Source of the DNA: Paraspadella gotoi
Lineage: Eukaryota; Animalia; Chaetognatha
DNA: 9,941 nt
Direction of reading: 5' to 3'
NCBI GenBank assembly: GCA_051294375.1
Contig: CM119267.1
Location: 11,496,164-11,506,104 of the forward strand
Shown here: positions 1-9,135 of the stretch, piece by piece
How positions within the stretch are numbered: position 1 is the stretch's first letter
Layout of the letters: the number at the start of each line of letters is the position of its first letter
Notes under the pieces: generated by a model
What the model was told of the DNA's origin: nothing
The model's database searches: none
The model's input: only the letters and a program-made list of their open reading frames with translations
Made by a program: the position numbers and the translations under genes

Positions 1-16
1 TCTCTCTCTCTCTCTC
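1..16. repeat. (TC)n microsatellite, probably truncated by window edge
   Basis: Eight TC units at the start of the window. Confidence 0.85.
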
Positions 17-318
17 CCCCTCCCTCTGTCCTCGTCTACCCATAATAAACACCCAAGCTTCTATAGAAAGAATAATCAGGAGATACGATGAAGATCTCCA
101 GTGTCCTTCCTTTTTTTATTAATTTCTCTATATTTCCTTCTATCGACAACGAAAATGTCTTGGCGAGGTTTTTCTAGACCAAAAAGGTCAATTTTAAAAC
201 TGACGTTATATTTAAAATGCTTCCTTCAACGCCGCACTCCTCGCAAGGTTCACCACGACGCGACAGCGCAGCCAAACGCTTCCAATTTCTCCCCCCCCCT
301 CCGAAAACTGGCGAACGT

Positions 319-333
319 CGACGACGACGACGA
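319..333. repeat. (CGA)5 trinucleotide microsatellite
   Basis: cgacgacgacgacga read directly; explains the DDDDD/VVVV runs in the overlapping ORFs. Confidence 0.8.
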
Positions 334-495
334 CGCCGCGAAACGAATATAGATGGCGTCGGTGTTTCGACGCCGGAGAAAAAACCCCCGTGACCGGCTG
401 ACTGGAAGAAAAAGTATAAAAAGAAAAAGAGAAACGGGTTTTATTTGTTTTCACTGGCGCTGGAAAAAGTCGTAAAAGTAGTCTAAATGCAATTC

Positions 496-885
496 TTTGA
501 AAAGAAGGGAAAAAGTGGGGAAATAGCCGGAGATAAAGCAGACGACGAACGAGGGGAAAGGAATCTAGGTTTTGAGGGGGGGGGAGAGAAGAAAGGAAAA
601 GGGAGGAGAAAGAAAATGTGGACGCTTGGAAAGGGAAAGAAAGTAAGACGTTCAGGTGGAATAAAGGAAAAGAAAATTGGGGGAAAATAATAGGAGGAAA
701 TAAAAAAAGAAGAGGAAATATGAAAACACAATTGGGAGGTGAAAGGAAATTAGTGTAGGAAAAAAGAAGAGACGAAAAAAGTATGAATAATAAATAGTGA
801 GGAACTTCTGGAGAAAGTAAAAATGGGAAAAAGGAGGGCAAGGCAAATATAGAGAGAGAAGGGAATTAGAAGGAGAAAGGAGAAA
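496..885. repeat. Purine-rich (A/G) low-complexity tract
   Basis: Plus strand is mostly A/G runs (gaaaa, ggga, gagg) with no fixed period. Confidence 0.75.
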
Positions 886-930
886 GCGTAACTAAATGAA
901 ACTTTGCCGTTGAGGCTCTCAAACTATCTC

Positions 931-1030
<100 letters not shown>

Positions 1031-1367
1031 TCTGAAGAATCGGCTTCCGGTTTTGTCTCGTCTAATGAGACCCAAGGCTGGCTCCATTTCTTATCCAGCC
1101 TTGGCAACCGCCGCTGAACCCACCTCCCGCCGCCGCCGCTGCCACTCGAGAAAACCGGCGCCGCGCGATGGGAATAACTCAAGGCGCGGGTTAAACGGGC
1201 CGCCGACGACCCATTCTCAGGCGCCGTTGGATTTTTGGCGCCGATCTCAAAATCTCGGGCGCTTGGAACCGAAAACAGCGCCCTCTTGTCATTTTGGAGC
1301 CGCGTCACGACTCTTGGTCACAGTTTTGTGGAGCGCAAGAAAAGATCTCGAGCAGGCCGAGAGGAAA

Positions 1368-1370
<3 letters not shown>

Positions 1371-1434
<64 letters not shown>
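1371..1434. repeat. Perfect (TC)32 microsatellite
   Basis: Uninterrupted TC run of 64 bp with a degenerate CT tail to about 1454. Confidence 0.97.
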
Positions 1435-1438
<4 letters not shown>

Positions 1439-2511
1439 CTCTCTCTCCCTCTCCTAATGATGTCACGCCAACGAATTTGTATCTCATTACCGACGTTCCG
1501 GTTCCAGGTGGCGAAGGCGCTACTCACTTCCGGGTCTGTTCCCAGTTTCTCTCCTTTTTTCCTCCCTTTTTCCTCCTCTCTCCTGCTCTAGTTTCGATTG
1601 TAAGTACGACTTTCACTCATCGAAAGAATTCCGATTTTACGAGTTTTCCTCGTCCCGATTTTGCGAGGTCGAACGGGAAAACCAAGCTTTATTCATTTTG
1701 GCTTGAAGAGACGAGGATTAGACAGAGTGATTCCATTCGGAAACTTCCGTTCTTCTGTTATATACGTACTTCTGTTACAATATATCTGATATTCGTGGAA
1801 AGGAAAAAAGAGGAAATCGAAACTTCCCAGAAAATCGATCCCTTTATTCAAGTATTTCATACAGCCCCCCTGCCCCCCCCCCACCCTCATGAGTTCTTTT
1901 TCCTTCTTTTGTTCCTCGCGCATTATTCATTCAGCGACGGCGTGTCTTGGTTGCCATGGAGATGTAGATCAAGCCGTCGTTTATTCGAAAATCTCAATAC
2001 ATAAAACCTCGTCGAAGGAATTGGGTTCTTGGAGGGAAACATTACGAGATAAGCTTAAAGACGCCGTTTTTGTTCGAGGAAACTGTAAAGACCTAAGACT
2101 TGCCTCGTCTAAGCCGGATAAGTAACAATTCCAAACCAAAAAAAAAAAGATAAGGGACCAGTTTAACAAGACCCCCTTGGCTTTAAGGCGCCCCCTGAGC
2201 TTTCATCAATTTATGAATGATTCATTCGCTTTCATATACGGACAACTGACAGACGGATCCCGTCGATTATCTTTCAACGTCATCGAAAAAAGAAATTATC
2301 GTCGTTTCATCCATTCCAAGTACGGATCAGATCTGGATTCTCTTCTATCCGGATTCTTTTCTATACGGACTCTCTCTCCATCCGGGGATCGAAAAAAAAA
2401 ACCCGCGCGGATTAATCGACGCTTTTTGCTTCGTCGTTCGAGAAAAATGATGATCTCTTCGGGCGCCATCCGTTTTTGCCGCCGCGAGAGGCTCTCTCTT
2501 TTTTCCCGCGT

Positions 2512-3022
2512 TCGTCTCCATCTTCGGTTTTTAAATCTTCTGCGTCTTCATCTTCGCCTTTACGTATTTTTGTTTTCTTCTTCATCTTTAGCCTTTAGTT
2601 TTGTTTAATCTTTGCTTTCGTTTTTGCCTTCATCTGTGCCTTAAATTTTGTCTTCGCTTTTATCTTTCCCTTCAGTTTTGGCTTTTTAATCTTCATCTTT
2701 ATCTGTACTTTCGTCTTCTTTATTGCATTTAGTTTTGTCTAAGTCTTTATCTTTGCCCTTATCCTTCATCTTTTCCTTTATTATTGTTTAATTTTTTCCT
2801 GTTCATCTTTACCTTTACGTAATACTTATATTTGGCTTTATTTCCGTCTTCGTCTTTGCCTTTAGTTGTCTTTAAGTCTTCATCTATACATTTTAGGCTT
2901 GATTTTATCTTTGTCTTCATCTTTGCCCTTATATTTGGTTTTATTTTCGTCTTCGTCTTCGCCTTTATCTCATCCGGCGTCTTAGCCTTAGGCTTTGTAT
3001 TCGACTTATTATTAATCTTCAT
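2512..3022. repeat. Degenerate hexanucleotide tandem repeat, approximate consensus (RTCTTY)n
   Basis: Recurring units gtcttc, atcttc, atcttt, gccttt, gtcttt at about 6 bp period; translates as alternating KxKx (minus) or FxFx (plus). Confidence 0.75.
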
Positions 3023-3079
3023 TATTTTTAATTCCTTACTTTTTCCGCCATGAATCGTTTTCTATGCATCGCTCCCAAC

Positions 3080-3183
3080 TTTTTCCTCTCTCTCTCTCTC
3101 TTCCCCATCGTCTCACCCTTCTTCCTCCCCTCTTTCAACCCCTCCTTCCCTCCTTCACCTCCCCCCCTTTCTCTCTTTCCTCC
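3080..3183. repeat. C/T-rich polypyrimidine tract
   Basis: Short (CT)n followed by many C3-C7 runs. Confidence 0.7.
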
Positions 3184-3440
3184 TGCCATATGGAGTTCCG
3201 CCATGGCGGCGAAACGTTCGCTCTGAAAACTCTGACTCCATTATTCCGTGATAAGTGTGGCAATTGAAAAAAAAATTTCACGCGCATTAACGCGCGAAAT
3301 TATTTCGATTTATCAACATGGGGTTGGACTCTGTATACGGGGCAGTGCCGGGTGAACCTGGGACTCAGGGATGGTAAGAGCGGAGAGAGAGTGATACTAT
3401 GCGTCCCGGGCGGAACACGGTTCGTTTCCGCGACTGTGAG

Positions 3441-3537
3441 AAGGAGAGGACGAGGAGAGAGAGAAGACAGGAGAGGATGAGAGAGAGAGATGAGACGATG
3501 AGCGTCGGAGACGATGGAGTAGAGACGAGAGAGAGAG
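3441..3537. repeat. Degenerate (GA)n tract
   Basis: GA dinucleotides interrupted by single-base insertions (gacga, gatga). Confidence 0.75.
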
Positions 3538-4463
3538 TTGCGTTGATGAGAAGCAGGATTGTGGAGCTCCATTTCTGAATTCTGGAATGAAGGCTTGAGA
3601 AATTACATATAACATAAATTATTTATAACTATTATACGACGTATAATTAATCATTAAAAATAATTTTTAAACAGTAAAGACTAATCCGAGATCGAGATTC
3701 ATTTGTTGTTCTGAAGATACGATAAAATTTAAGATTTTCACCATCAGCATTTAATTGTTTTATTTTTCGGTTATTTTTTCTGCTAAGAAAAAATCTTTCT
3801 TGGTAACCTTAAATGAATATCGGATGAAAAATCAGCACTGCTGGTTGCTGCTGACAGCAGCAACCAAATAAACAAAAATGTATAATACATAATATAAAAA
3901 ATATATATAAAAACAGAAAAAACGAAACAAAACAAAAACAAGACAACATCTGCGGCCAAACGTCATTTTCCTCGAAAGAATTGAAGTCAGAGTTTTCGCC
4001 TTTAACGTCTCATTTCTTTTCTGCCACTGAAATCTTTTCTGTCTTATTTTTCTTCTGCTTTCCCATTTTTTTTCTCTTTTCTTTTTCCTTTCTTTCTTTC
4101 TTTCTTTCATTCTTCTACGATCACCGCCATCTCTCGTCATGAGAGGCGATCAAAACTTTTAACCCGTCGGACCGCAAAAGATTCGCACCGCATTTCCGTC
4201 TTTCTTTTTTTTTCCCCTTTTTTTACTTTCTTCTCTATTTCGAAGTAGGTAAGACCCTAAACCGCCTTTTGTTCATTATATCTCCTTTTCTTTCCTCCCT
4301 TTCACTTCTTAACTCATCATCTCAATCTTAAATTTAGTTTCTCTTATTTTTCTCTTTTATTTTCATGTTTTTCTTCTTCCTTTAGTTTACGGGCTCATAA
4401 ACGTTTCTTTCTCAACGCACCAAACCGCAGATTCCCCCCCTCCCCGTTTGACATTTCGAAGAA

Positions 4464-4465
4464 AC

Positions 4466-4521
<56 letters not shown>

Positions 4522-4537
4522 ACTCTTTCTCTCTCTC
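4464..4537. repeat. Interrupted (CT)n microsatellite
   Basis: CT runs broken by ttt and ca. Confidence 0.88.
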
Positions 4538-5298
4538 GTTCTTCGACTCGGTCCTCGAATGCGTTTGTTTACGCTCTGCTTCATATGTTTATGTTTTTTC
4601 TCTCTTTTTTTTGTGTGTGTTTGCTGATTCGTTTATTGGATTTTTCTTCTTGAAATCATTTTTAATGTTTTCGAGCCAAATTTGAAAGAGATCTATGTCA
4701 AGAAATTGTTTAGAGGGCTCCAAAAAAGGAAACAAATATAAAAACAACATTTTCTTACTTAAGTTTATTCGTAAAGAAGCAACCGATCAATTGGATGCAA
4801 CAAAAAAAGATAAGGTCCGCCCGTTTCGATATCCGGTGCAAGCACTTTGATTTTTAACAACTAACAAAATAAGTGGAAGATAAAGGAAAAAAAAAAAACT
4901 GAAAAAAAGAAGGTTATAATAGAGAGATAAAAAATTCAACCAAAAAAAAAGACATTTGCTAAATTCTCCCAAGTCAAATAGAAAGAAAAGAGAAAAGAGA
5001 TTGAGGCAAATATAAAACTGAAAAAATTTGAATGGAAGTAAATATATCACGAATCTTGAAGGCGAGTTTTTCTATCTCTCTTTTCTTTTCCTCTCTTTTT
5101 TCTTTCCTTCTTCTTTTCTTTCCGTCTCCTTTTTGTGGCTTCGCCCCCCCCAGTCCTGGCTAAAGGGGTGGAGAGTTGTCACGGAATGAAGAATGCTAAC
5201 CCCCTCCTTTGCCAGAAGCCAAATAGGATGAAGAACTGGCTCAACATGTCATGGGGATTTTAAGAAGGGCGGTCCAGGTTTTGGCTGGTGGGAGGGAG

Positions 5299-5323
5299 NN
5301 NNNNNNNNNNNNNNNNNNNNNNN
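5299..5323. other. Assembly gap (25 N)
   Basis: Run of N. Confidence 0.98.
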
Positions 5324-5775
5324 CAGGGAGAAGGCGGCAGAGGTACAGAGGACAGGTAGGAGAGAAGAGAAGAGAGCGGAGGGGCGGACTGGGAGACAGG
5401 AGAGAGACGAGACGAGAGAGAGAGGAGACGAGGAGAGATCGGAGGGAGAGAGAAGATAGACGAGAGAGCACAGTATAGGGAATTAGAGAATGGATAAAAG
5501 GGGCGTGGAAGCCAGCCGAGAAAATAAAGCCGGGAAGAAAGGAAACGCCCTTATCGCGTTTTATGAGCTCTCGGGACATATAAGAGGTAGAGTAGAATCA
5601 GGAGAGACGAGAGAGAGAGAGAGGAGAGAGAGAGGAGGACAGAGAGAGAGAGATGAGACGAACAGAGAGAGAGAGAGGAGAGACATGAGCATTGAGGGTA
5701 AAAAAAAAGAGACAAGTTCGCCCAAACCACGACAAGATATGATGAAAAGAAAAAAAATGAGAGAGAAGAGAGAAA
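5324..5775. repeat. Degenerate (GA)n / purine-rich tracts
   Basis: Two GA-rich blocks (about 5360-5470 and 5600-5685) within purine-biased sequence next to a gap. Confidence 0.8.
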
Positions 5776-5831
5776 GCACCTCTTGTTTCCAAAATCTGAC
5801 AGTTCCTTTGATAAAACCTTGGAAAAATTCT

Positions 5832-6110
5832 GCGGCGCCCAAGGGAATCTGCTAGAGCGGCGCCCCTTTTTTCCCTCGGCGGCGCGCCTTGCCCTATAAA
5901 TTGCAGGACGCGAGAATCCCCGGCCTTCACCCCGCCGTCCCCCCTCTCGTACCAACAACTCACGAGCGTCCGCGCCGATAAAGTCTCCTGCCTTTCTTCA
6001 ACCCGATCCGCCTTAGTCCTCCTCGTCCTGTCAGCCAGCCGCGCGGCGCAGAGGGCCGATCCGAGCCGCGCGCGCACGCTGGAACTCCAGCCAGATCGTA
6101 GGGCCGATCA
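5832..6110 (+). promoter_or_regulatory. GC/CpG-rich island with a TATA-box-like element (candidate core promoter)
   Basis: TATAAA at 5895-5900 in GC-rich context, BREu-like GCGCGCC at 5882-5888, direct repeat GCGGCGCCC at 5832-5840 and 5857-5865; no downstream gene visible (gap follows). Confidence 0.25.
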
Positions 6111-6165
6111 ATTCAAAACCAAATGTCATATTAGGGAAACAAACGCGGCCCCGGGGCGAGGGAGG

Positions 6166-6394
6166 NNNNNNNNNNNNNNNNNNNNNNNNNNNNNNNNNNN
6201 NNNNNNNNNNNNNNNNNNNNNNNNNNNNNNNNNNNNNNNNNNNNNNNNNNNNNNNNNNNNNNNNNNNNNNNNNNNNNNNNNNNNNNNNNNNNNNNNNNNN
6301 NNNNNNNNNNNNNNNNNNNNNNNNNNNNNNNNNNNNNNNNNNNNNNNNNNNNNNNNNNNNNNNNNNNNNNNNNNNNNNNNNNNNNNNNNNNNNN
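6166..6394. other. Assembly gap (229 N)
   Basis: Run of N. Confidence 0.98.
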
Positions 6395-6992
6395 CTTCCT
6401 CATTGTTGCCTCTAAACTGGAAATCGAAATTGGAATCCGGCTGGCGTCCCGCCCTCACTTCTTTCCGTTTCTAGATTCTCACTCTCTCCCTCTCTGTCTG
6501 GCTTGTTTCTTTTTCTCCGATTCATTCTCTCGTTCTCTATCACGTAGCGCGATCGCTCTATGTCTGTTTGTCTGACGATTTTTATTCACTATCTCGTGAT
6601 TGGTGAATTTTCTATGTGGTTTTTTTTATATTGTTTTCGAATGGACTGACGATTAGTAAATTGGACGATCGACGATCTGGGTATTTTACAGTCCCGTGAC
6701 CCACTCGCCGACTGAGTCGAGAAAACGTCTTCATGAAGAGAACGAAAGAGAATAAACTTAAACGTCTTTTTTTTTCTTCCCTCAATTGTTGTTCCCCTCG
6801 AAAAAAAAACATTGAAAAGAATCGGGGAAAGAGGCCAAGAAAAAACAAAAGTCAAAACAAAACACAAAAGAAGAAAAAAATGTCTTGAAAATTCGCCGTC
6901 GCAGAAACAAAAGAGAAAAAAAAATAAAATCCACAAAAACAAGAGAAACGTTTGTCGCGATGGCAGCAATGGCAACCAGCGGTCGTTGGGGG

Positions 6993-6996
<4 letters not shown>

Positions 6997-7084
<88 letters not shown>
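6997..7084. repeat. Perfect (GA)44 microsatellite
   Basis: Uninterrupted GA run of 88 bp; shorter GA runs follow to about 7185. Confidence 0.97.
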
Positions 7085-7087
<3 letters not shown>

Positions 7088-7303
7088 GACGAAGAAAAGG
7101 ACGTGGAGAGGAAGCACATGTCAGAGCGAGAGAGAGAGAGACCGTAAGAAAGAGAAAAACCAAAGCGAAAAGAGAGAGAGAGAGAAGAAAAATGCAAACA
7201 AACAAATAAATCAGGGAATTTGGCAAAGGCGTAGATCAAGATAAAAATGGAGCGGTTCTGGCAAAGAAAAATGAAATTATAATCAATGTAAACTAAACAA
7301 AAA

Positions 7304-7528
7304 NNNNNNNNNNNNNNNNNNNNNNNNNNNNNNNNNNNNNNNNNNNNNNNNNNNNNNNNNNNNNNNNNNNNNNNNNNNNNNNNNNNNNNNNNNNNNNNNN
7401 NNNNNNNNNNNNNNNNNNNNNNNNNNNNNNNNNNNNNNNNNNNNNNNNNNNNNNNNNNNNNNNNNNNNNNNNNNNNNNNNNNNNNNNNNNNNNNNNNNNN
7501 NNNNNNNNNNNNNNNNNNNNNNNNNNNN
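7304..7528. other. Assembly gap (225 N)
   Basis: Run of N, flanked by an A run on the left and a T run on the right. Confidence 0.98.
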
Positions 7529-7670
7529 TTTTTTTTCATACACCGAAAAAAGGGCGGTGAGCGTGGGAGGGTAAAAGGGAGCCGAAAAGGAGGAAAGATT
7601 TGGAGAAAGAAAAATGGCGCTCCGCCAAAATTTGTTATCATTTTTGCCCGTGAAGAGGGAAAAGGAGGAA

Positions 7671-7700
7671 GAGGAGGAGGAGGAGGAGGAGGAGGAGGAG
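7671..7700. repeat. (GAG)10 trinucleotide microsatellite
   Basis: Perfect gag repeat of 30 bp. Confidence 0.93.
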
Positions 7701-7879
7701 AAAACCGGTTAGGTCGACGGGAAAAGAAAAAAAAAGGAAATGGTGAATCGTCGAGTTCACAATTGATTAAAATCCTTTTCTCGATTATTTTTCAGTCGAT
7801 TAAGTCAGTTTTTGTATTTCTTTTGAATTTCTATGGAGGGGAGAGAAGAATAACGAAAATGGAGGCGAATTTTTGATGT

Positions 7880-8160
7880 TGTTATCTTTTATTTATCCTC
7901 TTTATTTTTTTCTTTCTTTCTTTCTTTTTGTCTTTTTGTCTTTTTGTCTTTCTTTCTTTCTTTCTTTTTCTTCCATTTCTTATGGATTTTTACGGTGTGG
8001 TCATCGGTTTGGTTCTACTTCAGATTTCCGTCTATTTGTATTCCTTTCTTATCTTTACTCTTTTTTTTTCTTTGCTGTTTTCCTTTTCTTTCTTTTCTAT
8101 TCTTCTTTCTTTCTATCTTTCTTTCTTCTTTCTTCTCTATTCTTTCTGATCTTTTTTCCC
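7880..8160. repeat. T/C-rich low-complexity tract with (TTTC)n
   Basis: tttc, ttttgtc and ttc repeats at about 7905-7970 and 8080-8150. Confidence 0.8.
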
Positions 8161-8325
8161 TGGCGCCGAAATCCGCTACATCGATATCTCGTTCCGCATT
8201 TTCTACTCTTAACGAACTGTTCTGATTACTTAGAAACTTGGCATACGCGCTCGTAGCCTTACATGGATGCACCGCCTGAATGAGAACGGCCGACTCCTAA
8301 TATAGGAAGAACTAGGTAAGCGACA

Positions 8326-8557
8326 GAATGAGAGCAGAGAGATGAAGAGAGAGAGATGGAGAGAGACGCAGGAGCCGGCGTAGATGGCAGCGTTCGTGGG
8401 AGAAGCAGAGAGCACGAGGCAGAAAACAGGCAGGGGAGAGAGAGCTAGAAAGAGAGAGACGTGAAAGTGTATGAGAGAGAGACGAGCAGACAGACAGACA
8501 GAGCAGTGACCAGAGCAAAAGAGGCAGAGAGAGAGAGAGCAGAGATGAGAGTAGAGA

Positions 8558-8588
<31 letters not shown>

Positions 8589-8653
8589 ATGAGAGAGAAG
8601 AGAGAGAGAGAGGAAGAGGAAGCGAGAGTAGCAGAGGAGCGAGAGAGAGAGAG
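8326..8653. repeat. Degenerate (GA)n tract with a short (GACA)n
   Basis: GA runs with frequent single-base interruptions; gacagacagaca near 8489-8500. Confidence 0.85.
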
Positions 8654-8944
8654 CTACACAAAACGATTGCGCGCAACCTTCCACATCAGTTCGTGATATC
8701 GCGATGTTTTGCTCATCTTTTTCGATTCTCAAGACGCTAAACATGTTTTTCTCGATACGAATAAAAAATTATTGACACAACTCTTTTTTTTTCGCTCCTT
8801 CACCTCCTTCGCCTCTCGTTTTCCGTTTGAACCACGAAAAAGTCGAAAATCAATTTAAAATCAAACGAAACGTTTTTTTTCCCCAAATAAAAACTCCAAA
8901 GAAAATATAAACAAACAAGCGAAAGAAAAAAAAGATTTTCCGTT

Positions 8945-9036
8945 TTTCCCGCCGTTTTTTTTTTCTTCTACTTTCCGCCATTTTGACGCCCAACGTCATT
9001 TCAGTTTCTCTTTTCAAGAATTCGCGACTTTCGCGA
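8945..9036. promoter_or_regulatory. Cluster of promoter-type motifs (E2F-like, YY1/Pho-like, CRE half-sites, Inr-like)
   Basis: TTTCCCGC 8945-8952, CCGCCATTTT 8975-8984, TGACG 8984-8988 and CGTCA 8994-8998, TCAGTT 9001-9006, two TTCGCGA within 9021-9036. Confidence 0.25.
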
Positions 9037-9044
9037 TTTTTAAA

Positions 9045-9135
9045 TCTCCCACTCTCCCTTTTTTACTTCCTCCTCTTCTTCTTCTTCCTCCTCAACCTCC
9101 TTCTTTCTCCTCCCTTCCTCCTCTTTGCTCTCCTC
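9045..9135. repeat. (CTT/CCT)n pyrimidine-rich tract
   Basis: cttcctcctcttcttcttcttcctcctc and similar triplet runs. Confidence 0.75.

Noticed and set aside
212-841. 209 aa minus-strand ORF rich in F/L/S/P
   Set aside because: Translation of a purine-rich low-complexity tract that lacks stops by composition; no recognisable domain
2759-3022. 87 aa Lys-rich ORF superficially like a histone H1 tail
   Set aside because: Explained by the degenerate hexamer repeat, which extends beyond the ORF and shifts frame
4119-4151. Imperfect hairpin (cgcc..ctctc / gagaggcg)
   Set aside because: Short, bulged and built from CT/GA dinucleotides that are ubiquitous here
5241-6077. Arg/Glu-rich or Ser/Leu-rich ORFs
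   Set aside because: Derived from degenerate GA tracts and GC-rich sequence; some span N gaps
6545-6560. Near-palindrome tagcgcgatcgctcta (a similar one at 8691-8704)
   Set aside because: Short with a mismatch; plausible by chance in CpG-rich sequence
6589-7641. 350 aa minus-strand ORF, the longest in the window
   Set aside because: Length is an artefact of a 225 N gap plus (GA)44 and A-rich sequence
8179-8186. DRE-like CATCGATA
   Set aside because: One mismatch from TATCGATA and isolated; TCGA is very common in this window
8234-8315. Candidate exon between TTAG (8233) and the AG|GTAAG donor (8316)
   Set aside because: Stop codons in all three frames, and it lies next to noisy sequence; not supportable as coding
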